Source: Desulfatiglandales bacterium (GTDB lineage: Bacteria; Desulfobacterota; DSM-4660; Desulfatiglandales; Desulfatiglandaceae). Taken from it: DNA of 64,000 nt. Below, one piece after another: positions 1-9,658 of the stretch (within the stretch, counting starts at the first letter, position 1; every line of letters starts with the position of its first letter). Below the pieces are notes generated by a model. The model was not told the DNA's origin and made no database searches. It saw nothing but the letters and a program-made list of their open reading frames with translations. The translations under genes were made by a program, and so were the position numbers. The DNA lies in assembly GCA_963666345.1 (NCBI GenBank), contig OY762721.1, forward strand, positions 3,296,001 through 3,360,000, given 5' to 3'.

Positions 1-2
1 TG

Positions 3-500
3 GTTGAAAAAATAAAAAGAAAGATCCCCCTTGCCGCAATCGGTATTGACATAATGTCGGGTTTTCCGGGAGAAGACCACATCGCGCACACCAATACGGT
101 ACGTCTTCTTGAGAAACTGCCGGTAAGCTATCTGCATGTATTTCCCTTTTCCCCGAGGCCGGGAACCAAGGCCTTTTCCTTTGAAGGCAGAGTACTACCG
201 GAGATAATAAAGGAACGGGCCATGGAACTGAGAATGCTGGGGGAAAAGAAAAGGGGCACCTTTTACGGAAAGTGCCTTGAAAGGGAGTTCGTGGTCCTGG
301 CCGAAAGAAGGCATCCCCGTATGAACCGGTTCATGAGCGGCAGAAGCGATAATTATCTTGCCGTAAACTTCGTTTCCAGCGATGATCTTAGCGGAGAACT
401 GATCGGGGTTCGTCTCAAAGAGGTTCAAAAAGATGGGATCAGAGGTGAAATGTCTTCAAAAGGTGCGGGGGTAAGATGCCGGAGTGAGCTTTTAAGATAG
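3..500 (+). CDS. mtaB: tRNA t6A37 methylthiotransferase MtaB, C-terminal part (5' end outside window)
   Basis: Frame is open from the window edge: ..AAIGIDIMSGFPGE..LHVFPFSPRPGTKA..GRSDNY. These are MiaB/MtaB radical SAM C-terminal motifs; LHVFPFS and DNY favour MtaB. Confidence 0.8.
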   Translation, partial: VEKIKRKIPLAAIGIDIMSGFPGEDHIAHTNTVRLLEKLPVSYLHVFPFSPRPGTKAFSFEGRVLPEIIKERAMELRMLGEKKRGTFYGKCLEREFVVLAERRHPRMNRFMSGRSDNYLAVNFVSSDDLSGELIGVRLKEVQKDGIRGEMSSKGAGVRCRSELLR

Positions 501-503
501 ATC

Positions 504-1241
504 TCAGCCTTTCCTTTTCCTTATCTTCCTTGAATCCTCTTTCCAGCCTTTAGGCTTTTTCCCTTTGCCGCGCCTGCGCGGGTCAGGATCCATGGAAGGG
601 TCCATTACAAATGTCCCCGGTCTGAAATCGACCGGCTTCGACTCTTCTTCCTCTCTGAGTTGCTGCAGGGCATCTTTTGAAACAGGAGGGCCCGCGATAA
701 AATCAGCCGGGATGTAGGGACATAAAAAAAGTGAACCGAAGCAGTACAGGGATACGTCTTCCGATTCCGCCATCCTGCCCATAACTTCCAGCACGACCGG
801 CCTGCTATCCTTCCTTTTCCCTAATCTTTCAGCCGTCTGCCTTTTGCCGCTCAGGACGACATATCTTTCCTGCGGACTCCTTACGCCCTTTTCCATGACC
901 ACGGGATGGGCCTTCCTTCTTACTGCGGTGTAGAGCAGCCCGGGGACTTCTGCGGAAGCGATCAGTTCGGGGGGCGTGAAGGTTCTTTCAACGGCACGGA
1001 TCCTTTTCCCCTTTACCTGGAAAAGGTGCCTTTCTCTTCCGATAAGCACCTCGTTTATGTGAGACTGGCGGACATAGCCCCAGCCGGGCTCTTCATGCAT
1101 GGCCTGAATAATCTCCTTGAAAGGGAAAAAGCCTTCCCTGTCGGGAACAAGCCCTGATTCATCCGGATGTCTGCCGAGCAGATAGCCAAGAAAACTGCTC
1201 AGGTTGTCCACCCTGATCTGATTGCTTCTCCTGCCCACCAA
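504..1241 (-). CDS. Divergent RNA 2'-phosphotransferase (KptA/Tpt1)-like protein
   Basis: LS.FL.Y.L.RHP...GL..D.EG and RIRA motifs and overall spacing match KptA, but QGHS, HGT and HLS are altered. Basic C-terminal tail. AAGGAG before the TTG start. Confidence 0.65.
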   Translation of the reverse strand: MVGRRSNQIRVDNLSSFLGYLLGRHPDESGLVPDREGFFPFKEIIQAMHEEPGWGYVRQSHINEVLIGRERHLFQVKGKRIRAVERTFTPPELIASAEVPGLLYTAVRRKAHPVVMEKGVRSPQERYVVLSGKRQTAERLGKRKDSRPVVLEVMGRMAESEDVSLYCFGSLFLCPYIPADFIAGPPVSKDALQQLREEEESKPVDFRPGTFVMDPSMDPDPRRRGKGKKPKGWKEDSRKIRKRKG

Positions 1242-1295
1242 AGGTCTCCTTGTCCTCTGTCAAAAGGTCGTCTTTTCGATCATAAAAGGTCTGGA

Positions 1296-1338
1296 AAAGT
1301 GACTAAAGTGACTGAAGTGACTGAAGTTTAAAGTGCCT
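1296..1338. repeat. Tandem 9-mer array (AAAGTGACT/GAAGTGACT/AAAGTGCCT) overlapping the pncB stop
   Basis: aaagtgact aaagtgact gaagtgact gaagttt aaagtgcct, read directly. Confidence 0.85.
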
Positions 1339-2497
1339 GGTCCAGATCGACTTTTCCCAGCTGGCATAGCACGTAGTTCCTGATCTCCCCGGCAGCAGGC
1401 GTCTTATTTTTACCGCCGCCGTGATAGGGTATCGGTTCAAGAATCTCCTTTTTCTCACCACCGCATCCGCAGCTACGAGGGCCCTTTCCAAGGGGAACGA
1501 CATCCGTATTCAGACAGTCGGGGCAGCGAAGGAGGCTTTTGGGGCCTGATCTCTTGCCCCTTTTTGCAATGGCCTTTCCATCTATCTCCACGATATCCAT
1601 GGAAAAGTCTATTACAGGGGCGTTGCTTATCGAAGTGCCCACCCCGTAGGCGTCTGCAAGACGGTTGTATTCAAGGATCTGATATTCATCAAGGCCTCCG
1701 CTCAAAAATATCTTTACATGGCTGAAGCCCCTGAGATCCAGTTCCCATCGGACTTCCTCCATGATTTTGACAAAGTCTCCTCTCCTTGAACCGGGTGTGT
1801 CAAGACGGATAGCGTAAAGGTCTCCTCCCAGTGCTTCCGCAACGTTTACGGCCTCGATCTTCTCATCATTGAACGTGTCGATCAGGCTCACCCTGCTGAT
1901 ATGGGGATCCATTATTTCATTAAACGCACGGGTGGCCTCAACCGTATCGCCCAACATCAGGACCAGTGCGTGTGGGATGGTTCCGGCCGGTTCAATGCCG
2001 AGGAGCTTCGCCGCCAATCCGACCGCCACCCCGTCGCAACCCCCTATATAGGCGTTTCTTTCAATCATGGGTGCTACTGCAGGATGCATGCGCCTGGCCC
2101 CGAAACTTATCACCGGTCTTTTTTCAGCAGCCTTGCGGCATCGTGCCGCCATGGTGGCAACAGCGGATGCCTGACAGATAAAGCCGAGCAGGGTGGTTTC
2201 ATATCTTCCGAAGTCCAGGTATTTTCCTTTTATCTCCATGACAGGCTCATAAGGTCTGAACAATGAGCCCTCATTGATGATCCTTACATCTACGGGCAGA
2301 TCCTTCAACAGGTCAATACATTCCTCTGCGCCCGCGAATACGGCCCAGGGCCATGATGAAGGAAAGCCCTTTGCCATAAATTCGGCCCGCACCTCTTTGT
2401 TGATTCCCTTTGCCCTGAGTATCTTTTCGGTCCTTTCAAAATAGACGTCCGTTACCAGGCCTTCTCTTATCTGCTGCGAACTGGCTGTGTGAAGCAC
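1328..2497 (-). CDS. pncB: Nicotinate phosphoribosyltransferase
   Basis: TDVYF, SFGARR, GTIPHA (phospho-His), LIDTF, IRLDT, SGGLD, YGVGT motifs. GGAGG before GTG start. Confidence 0.9.
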   Translation of the reverse strand: MLHTASSQQIREGLVTDVYFERTEKILRAKGINKEVRAEFMAKGFPSSWPWAVFAGAEECIDLLKDLPVDVRIINEGSLFRPYEPVMEIKGKYLDFGRYETTLLGFICQASAVATMAARCRKAAEKRPVISFGARRMHPAVAPMIERNAYIGGCDGVAVGLAAKLLGIEPAGTIPHALVLMLGDTVEATRAFNEIMDPHISRVSLIDTFNDEKIEAVNVAEALGGDLYAIRLDTPGSRRGDFVKIMEEVRWELDLRGFSHVKIFLSGGLDEYQILEYNRLADAYGVGTSISNAPVIDFSMDIVEIDGKAIAKRGKRSGPKSLLRCPDCLNTDVVPLGKGPRSCGCGGEKKEILEPIPYHGGGKNKTPAAGEIRNYVLCQLGKVDLDQAL

Positions 2498-2595
2498 AGA
2501 TCTTACCTCCCGCTTATGTGCGTAGTTTTAAGCGATTGTCAGAAAAAACGATTTTTATCCAAACCGGACGGGACAACGGTCGGGTTTTTAATCTA

Positions 2596-2627
2596 AATCC
2601 TTTAATCCTGAAACCCCGGAATCCATG
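2596..2627. repeat. Degenerate tandem 8-mer array
   Basis: aatccttt aatcctga aaccccgg aatccatg. Confidence 0.45.
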
Positions 2628-2764
2628 ATTTATAATTTTACATAATTGAATATGGAATCACAACCGATTAGTCCTGCAGGGGTCTTTCAGGTAATTGAGG
2701 TCCCGGGGCATATCTTTCAGCCGGCGCCTATCCGTACATCGGGGTTTATGGGCCTGCGTAACCG

Positions 2765-2841
2765 GCTTTCAGCTTTCAGCAAAATAGATCAGATATAAAT
2801 GCCTTGGTTGTTTGCTGAAGGCTGACGGCTGAATGCTGAAA
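2765..2841. repeat. Inverted heptamer-array element (GCTTTCA)n ... (GCTGANN)n
   Basis: gctttca gctttca gcaaa, ~27-nt spacer, tttgctgaag gctgacg gctgaat gctgaaa. The arms are complementary. Confidence 0.75.
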
Positions 2842-2884
2842 CCTCCATCAGGAAATGGACCCCGGATGCGCACCGGCATATATT

Positions 2885-3114
2885 GACGGTCTCGTAAAAA
2901 GTCCAACTGCTGCGTTATACTTCATCTTTCGTCATTGCGATCCCGCTGGAAGCGGGATAAGTACGCCTCATTCCTCAAGATTCTTTGCAGTTGCCCCTAG
3001 GTCACTGCTCAGTCCCACCCCTCCTGATAGTCGGGGCGGGTTCCCGGAAGCGCAAGCCTTGCATTTGGACCTTTTTACTTTGCCGTCTCAATTATGACTT
3101 TTTATGAACTCATC
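2885..3114. mobile_element. MITE (230 bp) with 19-bp imperfect TIRs and 6-bp TSD TATATT
   Basis: Left end gacggtctcgtaaaaagtc (2885-2903); right end gactttttatgaactcatc (3096-3114). TATATT at 2879-2884 and 3115-3120. An internal third TIR-like copy ends at 3087. No transposase. Confidence 0.8.
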
Positions 3115-3336
3115 TATATTGAATGAAAAAGTGCCCGTATCGGGCTTGATAGTATCCCGTCTTTATCCTAAGATAAAAACCCACACATGAAGAACCGTGT
3201 CATGATTTCCCGCCGAAGCAGGCCGTACATCCCGGGTTAAATCCTTAACATGGGTTGGTATGAACCTTTGGGGAGACGGGACAAAAACCCTTTGCACGCT
3301 GTGGGATGGAGGGGGAAAGTCAAGGAGTGAAGCTCA

Positions 3337-3540
3337 ATGGAAAGAGAAACCGGGATATTCCTATTTGATGTAATTATAGATTCCAACCCGGCCAATGCCG
3401 ATGCAATGGCAAAGGCGTTTTCCGATGATGTTGATACAGGCAGGCGTATAATGGAGGTATGTCTGGGTCTTTCAGGCGTTGACAGGGGAGGTAAGATACA
3501 ACGGGTCCAGCAAGAGGTTATGGGCCGTAACAAGTCCTAA
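3337..3540 (+). CDS. Possible small hypothetical protein
   Basis: AAGGAG upstream; TAATG overlap with the next ORF. No recognisable motif. Confidence 0.3.
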   Translation: MERETGIFLFDVIIDSNPANADAMAKAFSDDVDTGRRIMEVCLGLSGVDRGGKIQRVQQEVMGRNKS

Positions 3541-4007
3541 TGAGGTTTGAAAATATGGCAGGAGAAATTTCAGGAGCCAGGGCCGAATTTCTGGCCAGGG
3601 ATTTCAAGCGGGGGTTCATCGAGTACTGTCAACTGGAAGCCGATATAGTAAAAAGAGGTTATTTTCAGTCACGGGTCTTCATCCGGGAGCACCACAGGCA
3701 GCAGGACGGCTTTATTCATGCAGGTGTCATGGCTACCATGGCCGACCATACTGCGGGGTATGCCGCCTTTACAACGGTACCTGAGGACTTCCAGATCCTT
3801 ACCATCGAATTCAAGATCAATTTTCTTAGGCCCGCCTTCGGACGAGCCCTCATATGTAAATCAGAGGTCATAAGAGAGGGATCCCGCATTGTAATATCCG
3901 AATCAGAGGTGTTTGATATCAGAGATGACGGAGAGGTCCCTGTTGCCCGCAGCCTGGTTACACTTATGCCGGTTCAGAGGAAAAGGCTTGTCTCAAAGGA
4001 CCGATGA
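3540..4007 (+). CDS. PaaI family (hot-dog) thioesterase
   Basis: QQDGFIHAGVMATMADHTAG and LTIEFKINFLRPA motifs. Confidence 0.9.
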   Translation: MRFENMAGEISGARAEFLARDFKRGFIEYCQLEADIVKRGYFQSRVFIREHHRQQDGFIHAGVMATMADHTAGYAAFTTVPEDFQILTIEFKINFLRPAFGRALICKSEVIREGSRIVISESEVFDIRDDGEVPVARSLVTLMPVQRKRLVSKDR

Positions 4008-4712
4008 AATCTCCTCCGCCACCATTTTTGCGGCCTCTGCCGGGTCTTCCGCATCCCTTATGGGCCTTCCTATTACTATATAATCGGCTCCGTCCCTGAC
4101 CGCGTCGGCAGGAGTCACGATCCTTTTCTGATCATCTCCCACAACCAGGGACCATTTAGGCCTTATCCCGGGGGTAATGGCGATGAAATCTGGGCCCATC
4201 TCCTGCTTGACCCGTGCCACCTCTTTTCCGGAACATACGACACCCTGGCACCCGGCCTCTTTTGCCAGCTTTGCCCTGAGAAGCACAAGCCTGGATAGAT
4301 CCCCGGTATACTCCTTCCTGTAGCCGAGCAGGGACAGCGCTTCCCCGTCAAGGCTGGTGAGCACGGTGACGGCAAGAATCATGGTGTCGCCCGGATTATT
4401 TTCCGCGACTTCCCGCAGGGATTCTTTCCCTCCGTCGCAATGAACGGTTACAAATCTGGGCATGATACGGCTTGCGGCCATAAAGGCCCTTTTCACGGTG
4501 GCGGGGATATCGTGAAGCTTGAGATCCAGAAAGACTCCGGCCCCGCCCGCCTTGTTTATGGCATCAACTATCTTCGGCCCCTGGCTTATGAAAAGTTCGA
4601 GGCCGACCTTGAAAAGGCCGACATGTCGGCTCAATCTGTCCACATAGGACATTGCCAGGTCATAGCTCGGCACATCCAGCGGAAATACGATGTAATCCTT
4701 CGGCTGTTTCAT
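3993..4712 (-). CDS. pyrF: Orotidine-5'-phosphate decarboxylase
   Basis: FKVGLELF, FLDLKLHDIPATV, TPGIRP, DQKR, VIGRPI motifs. Confidence 0.97.
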   Translation of the reverse strand: MKQPKDYIVFPLDVPSYDLAMSYVDRLSRHVGLFKVGLELFISQGPKIVDAINKAGGAGVFLDLKLHDIPATVKRAFMAASRIMPRFVTVHCDGGKESLREVAENNPGDTMILAVTVLTSLDGEALSLLGYRKEYTGDLSRLVLLRAKLAKEAGCQGVVCSGKEVARVKQEMGPDFIAITPGIRPKWSLVVGDDQKRIVTPADAVRDGADYIVIGRPIRDAEDPAEAAKMVAEEISSVL

Positions 4713-4854
4713 GTTTTACCTCATCTTCCGGGTTAAAGGCCTTTAAAACAGAGGCATCTTTATCAGGTTTATGCAAAGGGTGCAACTCAGGAAGGTTGAA
4801 AAATGTTGGACATAGAAAAAAAAAGAAACTATATTCAAAAATTCAAGACTAAGG

Positions 4855-4930
4855 GCCACCGTAGCTCAGATGGCAGAGCACCTCACTCGTAATGAGGATG
4901 TCCGCGGTTCGATTCCGCGCGGTGGCTCCA
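4855..4930 (+). tRNA. tRNA-Thr (anticodon CGT)
   Basis: Cloverleaf: GCCACCG/CGGTGGC acceptor stem, GCTC/GAGC D stem, CCTCA-CTCGTAA-TGAGG anticodon arm, CGCGG-TTCGATT-CCGCG T arm, encoded CCA. Confidence 0.97.
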
Positions 4931-5075
4931 GTAAAAAGACTGTGAGAACTTCCCGGAATAATACCATCAAATATCTTCAGGGCATTCAGTTCGGCTTAAA
5001 TAATTTCAGGGAGACTTCGCCTCTCCTCTTTTTTGTCCCCGAAGTTCCCCATATCAATCCAAGGAGGAGACACCT

Positions 5076-5303
5076 ATGAGTGATTTCCGAGACTATTTTG
5101 TGTGTGACAGCTGCGATAACAAGGATTTTAAGTTGATCTATAATTTTTCACTCAGGCTTCATAAGGTCAACTTTTCAGACAAGCTCATATATGACGAGTT
5201 AACTGAAGAACTGTATCAGTGCACCAACTGCCAAAAGACCTTTACCAGGGCTGAAATGGAAAATGGTCTGATTGAGCTGAAAAAGAAATACAAAGACAGA
5301 TAA
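5076..5303 (+). CDS. Small zinc-ribbon protein (two CxxC)
   Basis: CDSC and CTNC pairs. Strong AAGGAGG RBS; GGGGTC..GACCCC hairpin after the stop. Confidence 0.75.
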   Translation: MSDFRDYFVCDSCDNKDFKLIYNFSLRLHKVNFSDKLIYDELTEELYQCTNCQKTFTRAEMENGLIELKKKYKDR

Positions 5304-5349
5304 GGGGTCTGTACAGCCTGACCCCTGCTGCCCGTTAACGTTTGCGGCC

Positions 5350-6882
5350 TCAGATGTTTATCTCGAATTGTTCAAGGTGATAGTCGTGTTTTACGATTAT
5401 ATTTATTCTCTTGTGCAGTTCTTTTTCCAGCTCGATGATAGATTCCTGTTCCTCTTCCTTTAACATGTCTTCTATCTCCGGATTAACGATCACCTGGACA
5501 TTGCCGCAATCCTGCGCAGATGCGCATTCTTTTTCGATATGCCTGAATATCTCATAGCAGATCGCTTTTCTCGACTTGAGCGTCCCCTTGCCGTCACAGT
5601 AAAAACAGGGCTCACCGTAAAGCCGGCTGAGACTGGATCTTGTCCTTTTTCGCGTCATTTCAATGAGGCCCAGGTCCGACATGGGCAGGATGTTGCTTTT
5701 GGCCCTGTCCTTGTCAAGCGAATCCTTAAGCGCCATGAAGACCCTCTCCCTGTTTCCTCTTTTTTCCATGTCAATGAAATCTATTACAATAAGACCCCCT
5801 ATATTTCTGAAACGGAGCTGATAAGCTATTTCTTTTACGGCCTCCAGGTTCGTCTTGAGGATCGTCTCCTCAAGGTTCCTCTTTCCCACATAACTTCCCG
5901 TGTTTACATCTATCGCGGTCAGGGCCTCTGTGTGTTCTATTACTATGTATCCCCCCGATTTGAGCCATACCTTGTTGTTTAACGCCCGTGAGATTTCAAC
6001 TTCAATGCCGAAGGAATCAAAAATCGGGTCGGAACCCTCGTAGAGTTCAACCGAATATTTAAGCCTCGGGGCGAATGTCTCTATGAACTCCATTACGTCA
6101 TCATACTGTTTTGTCGAATCGATGATCAGGCGGTCCACTTCTCTTGTAAAGAGATCCCTGACCGCCCTCAAGGAGATATTGAGGTCCTTGTAGAGCAGGC
6201 CCGGTCCTGAACTCTTTTCCATTTTGGCCTGGATATTGGCCCACAGCTTCAGCAGAAAATCCATTTCCGATTTCAGTTTTTTCCCGGATGCTCCCTCTGT
6301 GACCGTCCTGACTATGAACCCGTAACTGTTAGTCCGAATTTCATCCATTATGCCCTTTAATCTCTCTCTTTCCTCCTGATTCTCTATCCTTCTGGAGACC
6401 CCGATATGATCGACAGTCGGCATCAGGACAAGGTGCCTGCCCGGAAGTGATATATGGGAGGTGATTCTTGCCCCTTTGTGGCCGAGAGGCTCCTTGGCAA
6501 CCTGTACCATGATTTCCTGACCTTCACTAAGGAGGTCTTCAATCGGATGGGAGATCTGATTATGATGGAGAGATTTAGCAGGCTCCTCATCCTCAGTCAT
6601 GCCGTTTCCTTCGGCAAGGTTTTCGCCCAACATGAGTTTTTCCAGATCCAGAAAGTCCTTGAAAACATCGGAAACGTATAGAAAGGCGGTCCTGTCCAGT
6701 CCTATATCAACAAAGGCGGCCTGCATGCCGGGAAGCACCTTTACCACTCTGCCCCTGTATATGTTTCGCATCAACTCCTGCCCGGTTCTTCTCTCACTAT
6801 GCAGTTCGATTACAGCCCCGTTTTCAACAAGTGCGACCCTTGTCTCATAGGGCCTGCCATTGATAATTAATTCGGTGGTCAT
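5350..6882 (-). CDS. rng: Rne/Rng family ribonuclease (RNase G)
   Basis: NIYRGRV..VLPGMQAAFVDIG S1 domain, LKSGGYIVIEHTEALTAIDVNTG, GGLIVIDFIDM, CxxC Zn link. No RNase E scaffold tail. ATT/ATG start region. Confidence 0.93.
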   Translation of the reverse strand: MTTELIINGRPYETRVALVENGAVIELHSERRTGQELMRNIYRGRVVKVLPGMQAAFVDIGLDRTAFLYVSDVFKDFLDLEKLMLGENLAEGNGMTEDEEPAKSLHHNQISHPIEDLLSEGQEIMVQVAKEPLGHKGARITSHISLPGRHLVLMPTVDHIGVSRRIENQEERERLKGIMDEIRTNSYGFIVRTVTEGASGKKLKSEMDFLLKLWANIQAKMEKSSGPGLLYKDLNISLRAVRDLFTREVDRLIIDSTKQYDDVMEFIETFAPRLKYSVELYEGSDPIFDSFGIEVEISRALNNKVWLKSGGYIVIEHTEALTAIDVNTGSYVGKRNLEETILKTNLEAVKEIAYQLRFRNIGGLIVIDFIDMEKRGNRERVFMALKDSLDKDRAKSNILPMSDLGLIEMTRKRTRSSLSRLYGEPCFYCDGKGTLKSRKAICYEIFRHIEKECASAQDCGNVQVIVNPEIEDMLKEEEQESIIELEKELHKRINIIVKHDYHLEQFEINI

Positions 6883-7046
6883 TGGTCTTTCTCCCGACTG
6901 TGTTTCCCGGTTATTGCTCCTGCAGGCAGGGGGCCGGCTCCGGGTTTAAAAGAAGGGCGGGTCAGAACAACGGAAAAAGGGAAGCGCACTTCAAGGTATC
7001 TTTGGGTGTTTATCCTGCATCCCTGACAGCGACTTTTAAAATGAGT

Positions 7047-9566
7047 CTATTCAAGGAGTTGCTTTATTTTGACTATCTTCATCCTTTCAATATGTTCAGG
7101 CGCAAGGGAAAACAGCCCCTTTATCAGCTCGGATACCTTAATCCCCGGTCCCTCAAGGTTTAACATCTCAAGATGAAGTCTGCCGCCGGAATCAGGCCTA
7201 ATTGATTTGACAAGCGGCCTTACATCCACACTATGCTGCCCTTTTTTGTCTACTTTTACAACCGTGAAATGTTCTGATTTCAAAAATCGGTCCACGGCCT
7301 CCTGATCGATCTTTATCCCTTCGAATCGGATTTGGTAGTGACTTTCTTTGAGTCGCTCCTTTCTCCTTTGTTGCGGGATAGCCTCGATATCGGTTACGGA
7401 TATGCCTGAAGGAAGTTGATTGTTTATGCGGTCTTTGAGAGAGTTCAGATCGGAAAGGTCAAAAACCTCTATATCAACGGTTTCCTCTTCGCTTTTCAGA
7501 CCAACCGGCAGGGCGCAGGCGAAAGAAAGCCTCGGCATCGGATGAAAGCCTTTTGAGTATGCCAGGTCCAATCCAGCCCGTCTGAAGGCCCTTGTAAACG
7601 TTCTCATGAGCTCCAGGTGACTCAGATAACCTGCCTTTTCAAGCTTTGTGAAGTGAAGCCTGAGAAATCTCGAAGGGATATTCCTTTGGGCGGTTGAGAC
7701 AGGGGAATCGATTCCCTCGGGGTTCCCCTTAAAGAGAACAGGGTCGATTGTCTTATGGTCGCAGACCCCGCAGTTGAGGCATTTTTCCCTGCAATCGGGA
7801 GTGAATTTTTCTTTAACCGCTCTTTTCATCTCATTTATGAAAAATTCCTTTGTCACACCGCTTCTCGTATGATCCCATGGCAGTGTTTCATGAAAAGGCC
7901 GCTCCCTTTCCAGATAAAAGGAGGGGTCAATGCCGGTGTGGGCCAACGCATCCTTCCAGATGTCGATGTTGAACTGATCACCCCAGGCATCAAATCTCGC
8001 TCCCCTTTTCCATGCCTCAAGGATCAAGGTTCCGAGCCTCCTGTCTCCCCTGGAAAATATCCCTTCAAGCCAGTTTATCTCCGGCTGATTCCACTTGACC
8101 TTTATCTTACTGCCCCTCAGGGCATCTTGAATCAGTTTGAGTTTCCTCCTGCTTTCCGTAAGAGATATTTGCGGCATCCACATAAAGGGGGTGTGCGATT
8201 TCGGGACAAATGGGGATATGCTGACATTCAATTTGGGCTTTTTCCCTTTTCCCCCCGATAGAGAAACGATCCTTTTGGCGAGCCTTGCTATGTCAAGGAG
8301 ATCGGTATCTTCTTCAAACGGGAGCCCGATCATGAAATAGAGCTTGATAAGATTCCAACCGGCCCCGTAGACAAGCTGTGCCGTCTCGATGATTTCCCTG
8401 TCGGTAAGTCCCTTGTTTATTATCCTTCTCATCCGGTCGTTTCCCGCCTCAGGCGCCAGGGTGAAACCGGTTTTCCTTACCCTTTTTATCTGTTCTATCC
8501 AGCCCGGGCTCATGCTGTCGATCCTGAGAGACGGCAGGCTGACTGCAACCTTTTTATCGGCATTCATGTCCATCAATGCCTTGACAAGGGGTTCTATTGA
8601 GCTGTAGTCGCCTGAGCTTAGGGATAGCAGCGAGATCTCGTCATGCCCAGTGTTGTCGATCGCGCTTTGAGTCGTTCTGATTATGCCTGCCGGGTTTCTT
8701 TCCCTGACAGGGCGGTATATCATTCCAGCCTGGCAGAATCTGCAGCCGCGTGTACAACCCCTGGCTATTTCAATGGACATCCTGTCATGTATGAGTTCTG
8801 CAAAGGGAACAATCTGGCGCTCTGGAAAGGGGTAGGTGTCGATGTCCGACAAAATGGATTTTTCCACGTGTGTATAATCGGGGTAAACGGGGTCTATGGA
8901 CTCGACCACCCCGTCATTCTTGTATGAGACATTAAAAAATGATGGGACATATATACCCCTGATGCGGCTCAATTCTCTCAACAGGTCGTTTTTTTTCGCG
9001 TTTCGTCTTTTCTTGTGCTCCCGTACGGCTTCACAGATCTTGCGGCTGACCTCTTCGCCATCCCCTATTACTATCAGATCGAAGAAGCGGGAAAAGGGCT
9101 CCGGATTAAAACATGCCGGGCCTCCTGCGATAACCAGCGGTGTGTCGTTTTTTCTGTCGATTGCATCAAGAGCAATTCCCCCCAATTCAAGCATGGTCAG
9201 CACGTTTGTCAGACAGATCTCATGCTGTATGCTGAATCCCACGATATCGAAGTTTGACAGCCCAATCTCCGACTCAAGACTAGTCAGGGGCAGCCCCCGG
9301 TGCCTGAGTTCATTTTCGAGGTCAACCCAGGGAGAAAAAGCCCTTTCCGCTGCGACCCAATCCAGGTCGTTGAGTATCTGATAGAGTATCTTGAGCCCCA
9401 CGTGGGACATGCCTATCTCATAGACGTCCGGGAAAGCCAGAGCGATGGAGACCTCTATTTTCGAGAGGTCCTTTTTTACGGAATTTATTTCATTGCCGAG
9501 ATATCTGCTCGGCCTTTTTATATTTGAAAACCAGTTGTTATCTGAAATGGACATGTGATATTTCAT
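7047..9566 (-). CDS. TIGR03960-type B12-binding radical SAM protein fused to a DUF2344 (TIGR03936-like) domain
   Basis: PSRYLGNEIN, FPDVYEIGMSH, RGCTRGCRFCQAG, then C-terminal YLSHLELMR..RRAGL..AYSKGFHPMP. Start uncertain (9554, 9566 or 9596). Confidence 0.9.
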   Translation of the reverse strand: MKYHMSISDNNWFSNIKRPSRYLGNEINSVKKDLSKIEVSIALAFPDVYEIGMSHVGLKILYQILNDLDWVAAERAFSPWVDLENELRHRGLPLTSLESEIGLSNFDIVGFSIQHEICLTNVLTMLELGGIALDAIDRKNDTPLVIAGGPACFNPEPFSRFFDLIVIGDGEEVSRKICEAVREHKKRRNAKKNDLLRELSRIRGIYVPSFFNVSYKNDGVVESIDPVYPDYTHVEKSILSDIDTYPFPERQIVPFAELIHDRMSIEIARGCTRGCRFCQAGMIYRPVRERNPAGIIRTTQSAIDNTGHDEISLLSLSSGDYSSIEPLVKALMDMNADKKVAVSLPSLRIDSMSPGWIEQIKRVRKTGFTLAPEAGNDRMRRIINKGLTDREIIETAQLVYGAGWNLIKLYFMIGLPFEEDTDLLDIARLAKRIVSLSGGKGKKPKLNVSISPFVPKSHTPFMWMPQISLTESRRKLKLIQDALRGSKIKVKWNQPEINWLEGIFSRGDRRLGTLILEAWKRGARFDAWGDQFNIDIWKDALAHTGIDPSFYLERERPFHETLPWDHTRSGVTKEFFINEMKRAVKEKFTPDCREKCLNCGVCDHKTIDPVLFKGNPEGIDSPVSTAQRNIPSRFLRLHFTKLEKAGYLSHLELMRTFTRAFRRAGLDLAYSKGFHPMPRLSFACALPVGLKSEEETVDIEVFDLSDLNSLKDRINNQLPSGISVTDIEAIPQQRRKERLKESHYQIRFEGIKIDQEAVDRFLKSEHFTVVKVDKKGQHSVDVRPLVKSIRPDSGGRLHLEMLNLEGPGIKVSELIKGLFSLAPEHIERMKIVKIKQLLE

Positions 9567-9658
9567 TTTTCCTTTCTGAGCGATTTTTGGGTTCAAACAG
9601 CCGTGAAAAAAATTTCAACAGTATCTGAGGAGATCAAATTTTTGAAGGGAAAAGTTGA

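Noticed and set aside
1296..1338. CRISPR array interpretation of the short tandem repeats
   Set aside because: Units are 7-9 nt with no spacers, and no cas genes are present.
2855..3097. 80-aa ORF
   Set aside because: It lies within the MITE and is a translation of repeat sequence.
4870..5079. 69-aa ORF
   Set aside because: It overlaps the tRNA gene and is a spurious translation.
4855..5350. tRNA-Thr as the attachment site of an island or prophage
   Set aside because: No integrase nearby and no duplicate of the tRNA 3' end noticed in the window. The flanks are housekeeping genes.
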